Shown piece after piece: positions 34,330-46,720 of a stretch of DNA of 64,000 bases. The notes beneath the pieces are model-generated. The model searched no databases, was not told where the DNA came from, and saw only the letters and a program-made list of their open reading frames with translations. Origin of the DNA: the human T2T-CHM13v2.0 reference genome, Homo sapiens; assembly GCF_009914755.1 (NCBI RefSeq), contig NC_060940.1. The stretch is one strand, 5' to 3'. Numbering within the stretch: the stretch's first letter is position 1; every line of letters begins with the position of its first letter. The position numbers and the translations under genes are program-made.

Positions 34330-35740
34330 ATTAAATACAAATTCATAAATGCCTAAGACTTAAAACCATCATTATTTACATATAAAGGCTAATGATAATA
34401 ATTATTCTCACTTCCTGGACAAAACAAGAACTTTAAAAGATTTTTAACTTCATTTACCCTCTCCTAATCTAAATGCTAATGTTGTGCATTTTATTTCTAT
34501 ATAGTTTTTTTCAAGTTACACAGTTATTGTTTCATACTATATGTATTCATTTAGATTTGCCTATGTACAGTTTCAATATTTTTAAAATGTTCATGTCTTT
34601 TTTGTATCAGATCTTCTGTCTAGGACCATTTTCCTTCTAATTGAAGTACATTCTTTAATCAGTCTACAAGTGGCAAACTCTGTTTTTGTTCATTTAAAAA
34701 TGTGTTTATTTTGCCTTTATTCTAAAATTATCCTTTTCTGGGTATAGGATTCTATGTTGGTAGTTATTTTATTAGAGCATATTGAAGATATTATTCTACT
34801 GTCCTCTGGCTTCCATTGTTTGTGTTGCATAACCAATTGACTATCTAAAAGCTATTTCTTTGAAGGTAACAAGTCTGCTTTCTATGCCTACTTTGGCCTC
34901 AGTTTTCTGCATCCTCACTATGATATGTATACTTCTTTTGTTTTCTTTTTTGTAAAATTTTTCTTTTTTTGAAGATACAATCTTGCTCTGTTGCCCAGGC
35001 TGGAGTGCAGTGGCAGGATCTCAGCTCACTGCAACCTCCGCCCCCTAGGTTCTTCTGCCTCAGCTTCCTTATTAGTAGCTGGGATTACAGGCATGTGCTA
35101 ACATGCCTGGCTAATTTCTGTATTTTCAGTAGAGACGGGGTTTTGCCATGTTGGCCAGGCTGGTCTCGAACTCCTGGCCTATATAATTATTTTCTTTACT
35201 TCCCTGTTCTTCTTCTACTTTCCATTGTACTTTGAATCTCTGGATTTGTCTCTTTCAATATTTCTAGAAAATTCTCAGCTGTTATCTCTTCAAATACTGG
35301 CTCTTTACCATTGTCTTTCTCTTCTCCATCTGGGACACTGACTGAATATATGTCAGACCCTCTCACCATGTGCTTTATATATCTTACCCTTTCATCTGTA
35401 TTTTCTCTTTTTCTCTCTATGTTCTGCATTTTAGGTAAATTCTTCTGATCTGTTTTCTGATTCATTAATTATTTAACTATGCCCGGTCCACTGTTAAATT
35501 CATTGAGTCCTTAATTTTAGTTATTGTATTTTTGTCATTTGAATGTTACTTTCTTGTCCAGTGACTACATCCCTAAGCTCTTTTTAAAATTTCTTCAGGT
35601 ATATTCCGCATAGTCATTTCATTCTCTGCATTTGATCATTTGAACATTTAAGTCATTAAGGCTCTATTTCTGTTGTCTCCTGTTTCTCACTCATGGAGTC
35701 TTAATTTCCTTGTGTTTTATTTATCTTTGTGAGCTGATAC
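34330..35740 (-). mobile_element. Ancient L1/HAL1-like ORF1-region fragment containing an Alu (~34945-35180)
   Basis: The minus-strand ORF remnant [37 protein letters not shown] is L1 ORF1p-like. Confidence 0.7.
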
Positions 35741-36506
35741 TGAGAGGTGAAGCCAACTGGACTTCCTGGGTTGAGTGGGGACTTGGAGAACTTTTCTGCC
35801 TAGCTAAAGGATTGTAAACGCACCAATCAGCGCTCTGTGTCTAGCTAAAGAATTGTAAACGCACCAGTCAGCACTCTGTATCTAGCTAAAGGATTGTAAA
35901 TGCACCAATCAGCACTGTAAAAATGCACCAATCAGCGCTCTGTGTCATCTAAAGGATTGTAAACACAGCAATCAGCACTCTGTAAAATGGACCAATCAGC
36001 ACTCTGTAAAATGGACCAATCAGCAGGACATGGGCAGGGCCAAATAAGAGAATAAAAGCTGGCCACCTAAGCCAGCAGTGGCAACCCACTCGGGTCCCCT
36101 TCCACCCTGTGGAAGCTTTGTTCTTTTGCTCTTCACAATAAATCTTGCTGCTGCTCACTCTTTGGGTCCACACTACGTTTATGAGCTGTAACACTCACCT
36201 CGAGGGTCTGTGGCTTCATTCCTGAAGTCAGCGAAACCACGAACCCACTGGGAGGAACAAACAACTCCGGACGCACCACCTTTAAGAGCTGTAACACTCA
36301 CTGCGAGGGTCTGCGGCTTCATTCCTGAAGTCAGTGAGACCACGAACCCACCGGAAGGAAGAAATTCTGAACATCTGAACATCTGAAGGAACAAATTCTG
36401 GACACACCATCTTTAAGAACTATAACACTCAACACGAGAGTCCTTGGCTTCATTCTTGAAGTCAGCAAGACCAAGAACCCACCAAAAGGAATAAATTCCA
36501 GACACA
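35741..36506 (+). mobile_element. Solo LTR12 (ERV9 LTR) with 4-bp TSD ATAC
   Basis: TGAGAGGTGAAGCC...GACACA termini; tandem ctagctaaaggattgtaaacgcaccaatcagc units; aataaaagct box at 36051; repeated gagctgtaacactcac units; atac at 35737-40 and 36507-10. Confidence 0.93.
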
Positions 36507-37151
36507 ATACTGTGTTTTTGAAAATTATTTGTAGAGATAATTTTAGGTATATAATGAATGTACCTTCTGCTAGTGAAGCTTTATATTTGCTGTGTCAGGT
36601 AACTGTGGCTACTATCAGTCCAGAAAACCAATTTTAAATCTTGAGATTCCACGGATTTCCTGGTGAATTGGAACTCAGACTGTCAATCTGGATGAGGCCT
36701 GTTCTATGTATGGATTACCCGTTGAGGCTACCTCAAGATTGTAGCCTCTTTTGGTCCTAGTTTATTGTGTAAGGTGTCTCCTGTTAGAATCCTCTTTTGT
36801 AGGGGCCCGGGACTTTAAATTTCGTACTTTTTCCTTTAATGATGCTTTCTTAATATTATGAAATTTCTAGTCATGATCAAATTTCTAATTGTCTTAAATA
36901 TCGTAACTTTAAAAAATATATAGTTTGAATCAGGATCCAATTACATTTACATTGCCATTGTTTTTAAAAATAAGGTTTTTAGGTATATTTTAATGCATAA
37001 GCTTTTTCCTTCCAATGCCTTCATTCTCATTGCAATTTATTTGAAAAAGATATCTCTTTGTTTAATATAGAGAGTTTCCCACAGTCTACTTTTGGTTTAT
37101 TGCATCCCTGTGCTATAGTTTAATGTGTTCCTCTATTCTCTATATAACTTT

Positions 37152-37514
37152 TGTATTAGTTTTCTAGGGCTGCCAAAACAAATATCATAGACTGGAAGAA
37201 TTAACAGAAGTTTATTTCTTCACAATTCTGGAAGCTGGAAGTCCACAATCAAGATGTTGGCCCTTCTGAAGGCCTCTCTTCTTGGCTTGTAGATGGCTGT
37301 CGTCTTGTGGTGTCTTCATGTAGTCTTATCCCTGGGCCTGTCTGTGTCCTTATCTCTTCTTCTTATAAGTCATGTTGTATTAGGGCCCACTTCAATAAGC
37401 TCATTTAAGTTTACCTCTTTAAATACCCTAGCTCCAAATACAGTCACATTCCTAGGACTTCAACATCTGAATTTGGGGTGGGGAGTGAGGGGAGACACAA
37501 TTCAGCCTGTAACA
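37152..37514 (-). mobile_element. MLT1A/B-like solo LTR
   Basis: tgtattagttttctagggctgcc...cacaattcagcctgtaaca. Confidence 0.82.
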
Positions 37515-37539
37515 CCTTAGGAATTCATAGTTGGATCTA

Positions 37540-37830
37540 GAGACAAGATCTTGGTCTGTTGCCCAGGCTGGAGTACAGTAGCCCAATCACGGCTCACTGT
37601 AGCCTTGCCCCCGCCCCCACACCTGGCTCAAATGATCGCCCCACCTTAGCCCCCCAAGTAGCTTGGACTTCAGGTGCATGCCGCCATTCCTGGCTACCTA
37701 ATAAAAAGATTCGTTGAAACAAGGTCTTGCTATGTGGTCCAGACTGGTCTGAAACTCCTGGGCTCAAGCAATCCTCTCACCTTGGCCTCCCAAAGTGCTG
37801 GGATTACAGGTATGAGCCACTGTGCCTGGC
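37540..37830 (-). mobile_element. Alu (J-like)
   Basis: Reverse Alu consensus. Confidence 0.88.
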
Positions 37831-38191
37831 TAATGTTATACTTTTCCATAGATAGTGACATGATGTTTGGTTGCTGCTTTTTTATAACATTGTGTGTAGA
37901 ACAGTAGGGAGTAAGGTAAATAGTATTTATGCCCAGATAGGGACATGCTTTTTGTTTGTTAGGAGATTGAGTCAATAAATCAAGAAGAGTAACCTCAGTA
38001 TACCATAGACTTCACATCCTCTAATTGTGGGCTGCTGCTGCCCTGTGTTTCGGGTGGAGGCTTGGGTATCATACAGTGGGTTTTTCTCACTCAGCGTTAG
38101 GTTCATGGTAGGAGCAGGAAGTGGGTATTCTTGGTGATCCAGGTCTAGCATCCATCTTAGGCAGGCCCTGGCAAAAGGGCTTGGCAGTGGG

Positions 38192-38354
38192 CTTTCTCCG
38201 TGTTCCTGCTCCTCCTCTCCATAGCAGCAAACGCTACTCTGAGTTGTTGGTGTTGAGCAAGAGTTTTCCCAAAAGGACTTTCTCCATGTTCCTGCTCCTC
38301 CTCCCCATAGCAGCAAACTCTACTCTGAGTTGTTGGTGTTGGGCAAGAGTTTTC
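38192..38354. repeat. 86-bp-period tandem duplication (~1.9 copies)
   Basis: ctttctcc(g/a)tgttcctgctcctcct...gagttttc at 38192 and 38278. Confidence 0.9.
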
Positions 38355-38658
38355 TGTTTCTCCCTTAGTGGTAGCAGATATCTGATGCGTATTGGTGTAG
38401 GATCCTGTACCCATGACCTTTTCCTGCTCCTGCCCCTGCCCTAGGGGTGTAGAGTTTTTTCCTTCTACCCTCTTTCCTCGCCACAAAGTGTCTTTTGCCT
38501 GTGTCCATGGGGCAGTAGGGTTAGCTATCCCTTCCTCCAGTGCTTTTGCTTTGTAAGGGAGAAGGTCCTCTGAAACAGGCTGTGCTTAATGCTTGTTTCC
38601 TAACATTAGCTGATCACCTCCAGTAGGCCTGGTAGAGGCCCATAGAAAAGAGTAGCAA

Positions 38659-38718
38659 GTGAGTGCTAAACTCACTCATCTATGCCTGTGAGTGCTAAAC
38701 TCACTCATCTATGCCTGT
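38659..38718. repeat. Perfect 29-bp tandem duplication
   Basis: gtgagtgctaaactcactcatctatgcct at 38659 and 38688. Confidence 0.93.
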
Positions 38719-39676
38719 CCCCACCCTCATCCTAGGTATTCCATACTGAACTAGCCTTCAGTTGGTCATTAACATTTTGTCACATTTGTACTTGATTTCT
38801 TATAGATTTTTAGAGTGGCCCTTTCTCCTATGCTGTGCTAAAGGTAAGATAGTTGTGAGTCTTCTTTCTTCCTGAAAGGGCTTGCTCCTTTTTGGAATTC
38901 AGTTTTCTTCATTGTTATCTAACCTCAGCTCTCTGATGGATTCAAGAAAAATGATAATTTTGTAGATTTTTCTAATTCTGATGCTGTTCTTTTATATCTT
39001 TTATCTTTTAAAAACTTTTTCATTGGCTCATTTTGAAATATTTGGCTATATAACTTATCTATTTTAAAGGCATGTCTTTCATTAACTGCAAGAAGGTTAT
39101 TCTGCTCTTTACCATTTTTTCTTATAATAAATTTTTATGGAATTCAACAACAGTCCTTTTCTGTTGGTCATTTTCATGTGTAACTAGTTTTCTGAATTTT
39201 AGGAGGAACAGATAGGTTGGGGTAACTTTTTTAGCTTCACAGTTCCAGTGGTCCTGCTAGCTTTATGTTGTTTTCATGAAACATTCAAGAACATGGCCTC
39301 ATTCTCCGAGGATTCTTGGTCTCTTCCCCTCCCTTTGTTTTATCTTCAGTCTCTCATGCCCCTGTCTTGCTCAATTTGAATTATCTTGCCTGTAGTTTCT
39401 TCTTACTGTGGGGTTTTGTCCTAAAAGGGAACTTCAGTTTCATCCCTTTCAGATCTTACCAGAGATCCCTTGCCTTGCCCCAAGCCCCCTGTCCCCACAA
39501 TTGGAGTATGAAAAACTCTTGTAGTCTTCCAGATCACGTAGCTCCACTAAATGGAGCTCAAGAAGTCTGCATCTCTCTTTTCTGTACTCAATTTCTTTCT
39601 ATTGCATTTATACATGACATGGAAATTTTATTGGTATGAGATTTTACAGATAGAAACATCATAAAAATGTTTCATG

Positions 39677-39795
39677 TGGCTGAACACAGTAACCTCAGCA
39701 CTTTGGGAGGCTGAGGTGGGAGGGTTGCCTGAGGCCAGGAGTTTGAGACAAGCCTGGGCAACATAGTGAGACCATGTCTCTATTTAAAAAAAAAG
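39677..39795 (+). mobile_element. Alu monomer / FLAM
   Basis: cagcactttgggaggctgaggtgggagg...catagtgagacc followed by an A tail. Confidence 0.85.
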
Positions 39796-41369
39796 GAAAA
39801 ATCCAGGTATCTTTTCTTTCCCCTAATCCACCAGCTAGTAAAGACTGAAGGCAGATTTCAGACTTCTTAATTATCTAACTCTCTATTAGGGTTATATTCT
39901 GGTATTTTTTCTAGGTTTAGGGTAAGGCCTAGCTTTCAAATATTCTACAAACATTTCTATTTTAATTAGAAAAACATAACCATGTAACTCCTTTCAAATA
40001 GTATTTAACACCACCCTTCAACTTGGAGACAGCTATAAAGGATTTTGTTTGGTACTTCCAAATATCTAGACTGTTTTTTATTGTAATCATTTTCTCCCTT
40101 AAAATGTTTACCTAGCATAGTTTTTAATCTGTCCAATTTAATTTTTAAACTGATTTCGATTCTCCATTACTCCTCTGCTTACTGAAAAATGTCTCTCTCC
40201 TTCTACTTTACAGAGGGTTTGGGGACAAAATATTTTTAACCATTCCATCCTAATTTTATATAATTCCATATATACCCATTCATTCACTTAAGACCTTTCC
40301 CCCCTTAGCATAAAGATGAGAGTGAATACCCTTTATTTCATTCATTCTTTAATTAATTTACTCAGTTACAGGAACATTCAATGTAAATGCAGTTTATCAG
40401 GCTACCTAAGGATAAGACACATGCATGAATCACTGCCAAACAAGATATTTCATGTGCCACTGTAAGGAATCAGAAAAGGGATTGGGAAGATATGATGAGA
40501 GTAAATGTCATGGAACAAATGATATTAGATAAGCCTGTAAAGGTAGAGGGGAAAGTACAGGTTGTGTTTGGAAGGTAGGCTGGTTTTGGTGTAACAGATT
40601 ATCCACAGATAAGTATAGTGAGAAAGGTAGCCTGGAACAAATACTGAGTTATGAAAGCAGGTAATGAGTTAACACTTTAAGAATTTCACTTATCATGGAT
40701 GTATTGTATGCCCAATTTAAGTGGGAACTAAGTTTTGCAAAATAAATAAACATACAGAAGACATTATTTAGGTTTAGCCAAAATGACTAGCATCTGCTGG
40801 GGTCTAACTTTTCTCACTCCTTTATATTACTCAGTGTAGTGAATTCACGTCAGAGTGAGAGCTATACTTTCAAATCAATGGATTTCTTTGAGCCACATTT
40901 GGTTAGCCTGTAAAATATCTGTGTGAAGGAAGACATTGAAATGTGTTTTTTTAAAAAGGCTAGAATAACTTTATGAATAGTGATAACTCTTGTAGTTAAG
41001 GGGAAAGAGCTAATATATTGTTTTAGGGTCAGTCATACATCTGCTCCCTCATATTTCTGGGCTGGCTTACAACTTCAAAACCTAAGAGACAGTTTTCCCA
41101 CTCTATGTGGCATTATGGCAAAGCAAAAAAAGGTGGCTAGAAGAATTCATATGTTTGCCTACCTTTCTTCCATCTCTGATCATTGTAAGCAAAAGGATGA
41201 ATTAGTTGCAACCTTAATCTTAAGAGGTCAATCAGCACCTTATGTCCAGAGAAGTCTGCTGGGAACGTCAGGTTCCTGTGTTCAAACTTTTTGGGAAATT
41301 TCCTAAGTGTTGGTAGCACTTTGGAAAGGTATGCAGGACTCTTACCACATATATCTAAAAAATAAATTT

Positions 41370-42840
41370 GATTTCAGCTTCTAGCAGAGATGGAATAATA
41401 GAGACCAGATGTACCCTCCCAGCTGAAACAACAAAAAAATACAGAACAAAATATATAAAAGAATGGTTTTCAAGGTACTAGACATCACACAGTGAAGGAC
41501 AGTGATCCCAGAGAGATGAGAAACAAACAAGGTGAGCCCTATGATTATCCCACCTTATTGCCTTGAAAGTTTCCAGGCCACAGCACAGGGTGAGGAACCT
41601 GAGTGAAGCCCAGCAGACTCCCTGAGTTGAAGAGATAAAGCTGAGTCTAGGGAGACCAAAGCAGCTAGAATTGTTAGGACAAAGTGCCACAGGAAAGATG
41701 AAAACCTGGAGATCTTCATGGGGTCCCTCATAAGTATTCAGAAAAGTACCAATTACTTTTGGCCCTGGAAAGAACCGAAAGCATAAAAGGGAACAATATT
41801 TGATGCTCACACAAGATGGGGAACAGTTCATGGGACATTTGAGTAGAGCATCAGCACGATCATTCTGCAGTAGTGGCGAATAATTAGCTCTAGAGTAAAT
41901 AGTGCTCTGGTTCTGCTCGAAACAAAAACAAGACCCAAAGGGATCACAATATTTCCAAATAACTTAAGTGCATCCCAGAACAAAGCTTAAGGAAATTTAT
42001 AGGAATACAAAAATATCCAGGACCCAACAAGGTAAAATTTACAATGTCTAGTAGCCAATCAAAGATTGGCAGGCATACAAACAGGCAGAAAGACAATAGC
42101 CTTAATGAGAACAATCAACTGAAACTGTTTCAGAATTTACACAGATGTTAGAATTAGCAGAGGATGATGGTAAACAATTATTGTAACTGTTTTTCATATG
42201 TTCAAAATTTAAGGAGAGGCATGAAAGGTATTTTGAAAGACCCAACTTAAACTTCTAAAGATAAAAACTTTAATATCTGAGATGAAAAAATACACTGGAT
42301 GGGATTAATGGCAGATTAGAAGAAAATATTAGTGGACTTGAGGGCATAGCATTGGAAACTATCCAAAAGGAAACACACAGAGAGAAGAGTAAGCAAACAA
42401 ACAAGAAACCAAACAAACAAATGAAAAACTTAGAGCATCAGTAAGTAATGGGTTAACTTCAAGTGGCCTAATAACTATATAATTGGCATCCCTTTGGGGG
42501 CAGGGTGGGGGTGGTGGCAGGGGAAGTGAAGGGAGAAGGGACAGACAAAATGTGTTTGAAAAATAATGGCTAAAAATCTTCCAATTTTGATGAAAAGTAA
42601 TTCCCCACAGATCCAAGAACTCAACAAACCATAAGCACAAGAAACATGAATGAAACTACACCAAAGCACATCATAATGAAATTGTGATGTGATAAAGCTA
42701 GTGATAAAGAGAAAATTAAAAGCAACTAGAGAAAAAAATACATAAAAAATAAGGATGATAGCAGATTTGTTACTGGAAACCATGCAAATGAAGCACCAGT
42801 GGAGCACTACCTTTAAAGTACTCAAAGAAAAAAAATAAAT
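41370..42840 (+). mobile_element. Ancient L1M 5' region with ORF1 remnants
   Basis: A-rich; TTPKHIIMKL...ETMQ...FKVLKEK-like ORF1 C-terminal remnants. Confidence 0.75.
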
Positions 42841-43869
42841 TAAGCTGAATACAAATCACACTTTGCTAACTGTTCAAAGTGTCAAACTTACAACCATGTA
42901 ACAAAGACACTGTATGACGATGTCCTATCTACAGGCAGTATGACAAAGCTACATTTATGGGTTGTTATCCTCAGAGAAAAAGAAAAATCACCCACCAGTC
43001 ATTCTCTAGTAAAGAGGTCTTTACTAGCCCTCTGATATCAATATTGGCAACTTTCTTTCTGAGGCCATCCTTGTTCTGATTAAAAATAGACAAAGTTCAC
43101 AGATAGGGCCTCCTAAAGCCTGTATCCTAAAGCTTGATGAGTTCTTACCTGCAGAGGCTATCATAGAAACACTCTAATTGAGTCTTTTCTCTCTGCTGAT
43201 TTAGTTTTTACCCATTTTTTTTTCCATGCGTCTTTTAAATATTTATTTTGCAGCTTACTCCAATAATAGTATTTTAAAAACCTCTTCCTGGGTCTAGGGG
43301 TGAAGAGATCCTCTTGCTGCATTCTTTTGCATGTGTTCCCCTTTCAATTTTGTTTCACCTACAATTAATTCATGCGGAGTCTCATTTCAGATGCTACACT
43401 TCTCAACTTGCACATCTGAACCACCTCAAATCAGGTAGTGGGCAAACTGTCACAGCATATTCTGTTTTCCCTATTCTGTAACCCCGTACATCTAAGGGGC
43501 TCATCTTTCAAGGCATGGTGAAGCAGACATACATATTGTCTTGGAAACAAAAGCAAACTACAAGCCATCTTTTCCTCATGTCCAAATTAATTACTACTGG
43601 TGGGCATTGAAATACTATAACCCAAACTCCTATACCATACTCCTGTACAACTCGTGAGCAGAAACCTCCTAAAGGATCTCTGCACCCTCTGATATATGTA
43701 TAGACAGGAAAATGTCAGAAATAAATGTATGACAGAGGCTTGATGGCACTTAACTTTACAGCTGCAGTTCCCAAACCTCTGTGAAGGAAAGCCAAGTTTA
43801 GAAAGCAGCAGTTCCAAGGGGCCTACAGAAAGGAGAGGTGGAGAGGTCATAATGACTGATAGTAACAGC

Positions 43870-44060
43870 CGATTTTTAGCACTTAGTATGTACCAGGTGG
43901 TGTCCTAAGCATTTTACGTATATTAATTTATTTAAAATTCACAACTCTATGAAACAGGTACCATTACCCTCATTTCACAGTGGGAATAAATAGCTAAATC
44001 AAGGTCACCATGATGGAGCCAGAATTTGAAACCTGTCAGTCTGACTCTGGAGCCCCTACT
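43870..44060 (-). mobile_element. MIR
   Basis: agcacttagtatgtaccagg...caaggtcac...gagccagaatttgaa...ctgactctggagccc. Confidence 0.75.
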
Positions 44061-46714
44061 CTCACTCTTCTGTAGTCTCTCAAGAAATAGTGTGATGGGG
44101 GAAGAGCACTGGATGAAGGCTAAACACCTGGTTAGTGCCTTCTCCCCTCATTACCTCACTATCCTGAATACTGGGGATAAATGTCACCCACCTTGTCTAC
44201 CTTACAGATCATTTGAGGAACAAACAAGAAGTATGTAATTTTACAAAATATTTTTACAAGTGTTATGCAAATATAAGGCATACACAGGAATTAAAAGAGC
44301 AGCAATGTATGAGAGGGCGTAGGAGAGTAGTGTATTAAGTAGGAAGGCAAGGAAGAATGATGTTAAAAAAAAAAAGCTGTGAACATTGCAGAGGTAGAGA
44401 ATAGCCCCCGCTGCCTTTCTCCATTGTTACTATTAGTTACTGCTCAGCACTCACTTCTCAGGCCAAGGGATCTTGGCCCAAAATTAAAACAGTTTATCCG
44501 AGATTTTTCATTCCCATGTTAATAAGGGATTGAAAAGTTTAATTAAATAGCCTCTTTGTTCATCTCTTCTACATAGAATAAGAAGTGAACATACATAAAG
44601 GATCAAAAGCAAATTTATTTATGTTGCTTGTAATTTAAAAACTCAAGAAGACAGATTCAGAGGAACCCAAGCTTACTGACTAGGACATCCTAAAAACAGA
44701 TGCCTCTAGTTTAAGAAAAGAATGAAACAAGGAGGGAAGGAAAATACCTACCTTCATCATGAAGTAAGGAATGGAAAACTGCCTCTTCCTCAGTGGTTCT
44801 GAGAGCACTTATTTCTTTGCAAGTTTTTCCAGAACCTTGGCTGTTTCATCCCCAGCAGTAATGTACAGAGGCTGAGTGAGCACATCTGTCCTGCTGCACA
44901 CTCTGTAAGGCTGCAGAGCAGAGCAGCAGGTGCAAAATTCTCATCCTTCAACTTGACTCTTAAACTGCATGTGCTCTTGTAACTTAAAGTCTAAACTTGT
45001 TAAAAGTAAGGTTTGGAAGGTCATTAGTCTGTAACAGGGAGGGGTTAGGCGCTACAGACGTTTCTTTAAAGCAGAATTAGAAACAGCTACCTAACACATA
45101 TCTGCCATTTTCAGATAGTGCCATTTCATTTTCCAAGGGAGAGAAAGCCATTAATTCATCCATATGAGGATGATACTGAAGCCAGACTGGAAGACTTCTT
45201 TTCCCTTAAGAAAAACAGATTTTCCAGTAACAGAAAGAGCTTCAGTCTTTTACCCAGCCCTTCCTTAATGTAACTTAGGTGTTCAGAGATTCTCTGATAC
45301 AAAGGGCTCAACCATCAATAAAGTTTTGTCTTATTTTCTTGTTAGAAATTTATCTGTAGGAGAATTTGAATTGTAGTCACCTTCCTCCAAAGAGCTGAAG
45401 CAGCAACACCTCTCTGCAAAACTAGTTCCATTTAAAATGTTTCAATGCAATCCTGCCAGATCCTAAAATAATTATAGTTTAGAAAGGCAGACGTGGCTTT
45501 GGGTCTCAACAAGTTTTATCCCACTGTACCTTTTCACAGGGTGGGAAGAGAGATCAGCAACGTTAACTGGGTGTCAAGAAAACATACCGAGATTGAAGCC
45601 ATCCACTTCTGCAGGAACACCGAAAAGAAAGGTACAACGCTTGGGGAAAGACTGGATTTCATTAGGGACAGTGACAATACCTGTTTGACATAGAGGTTCC
45701 AGCGCTGGCCAGGGAACTCCCTGAGCACTAGTAATGCCAGTGTCAGTTGTAGAATTCTTTTAAAATTTGAGTTAATAGGGTCACTACTTTTTGAATGCCT
45801 GCTGCAGAAACTAAGAAAAATGGCTGGCTGAGCCAATAGAAGAGGATTTTGTAGCTCAACTCCTGGGGAAGAAAATACTCCTTTTGACGGAGGGCAGGTG
45901 CTGTAGACCTTGCAAGGACATAGCCAGTCTGCAATGTCATCTAGGCCCACCCGCTAAAGTTTTAAAAGTAAAGTAAAGTATTTATTAGCTGTGGCTATAA
46001 ATTAGAGATGAATGGAAGGTCTTCAGGCCTGATCTTGGAGGCATTCCTTATTAATGAAGTTCAAGCATTTGCTGTGGTAGGGGAGGGTTTTTGTAAGAGG
46101 ACTGAATCATCTCTTGTATGCAGACATTACTGATACTGCTGTTGTGCAGACTGGGCCTCTCAAATTCTGCTCTAACAGAGGTTTAGAAAAGTCTTTTGCT
46201 AGGACAGGTAAATGTAGTCAGTTATCCATTAGTTCAACTTACCGTTCATATCTTTCTGTCATAAACACTAGATCCAATTCCCATTTCAAAAAAGTTGAAC
46301 CTACCTTTCTCATGGCTATCAATCAGTAAAACTTTTTTGCCTGCAATTGTGTCAAGCATCAAAAACTTTCATATAAATATTTGAATTAAAAATCTAGTTG
46401 CTATTAGGGCACTCTAGGGCCAAATATCGTCCAAGATATCAGACTCACCCCTCCCAATGAAGAAACGCAGACGGCATCATGGCCCAAACTTCTGACATTC
46501 ATGAGCCCCAGGAGATGGGAAATACAAGCGTCTTTAGAAACACTAAAGGGCTCGTGTACATCCTTTTGTACCTTGGGATAAGTACTCCCTGCACACACAA
46601 CCTCAAGGTATTCACATTTATACTTTGCCAGCCATCAGCCTCTCTCTCCTGCACACACACATGCATGTGCACAAATGTGGTAACAGAGACAGGAGCTTTT
46701 GCTCATATTTTTTT

Positions 46715-46720
46715 TTTAAT
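46715..46720 (-). terminator. Probable main polyadenylation signal (ATTAAA) of ZFHX3
   Basis: The + strand reads tttaat at 46715-46720. On the minus strand it is followed ~25 nt later by TGTCTCTGTT...TTTGTGCACATGCATGTGTGTGTG (GU-rich downstream element). Confidence 0.7.

Noticed and set aside
43888-43905. CTCF-like motif taccaggtggtgt
   Set aside because: Poor match at key positions and embedded in a decayed MIR.
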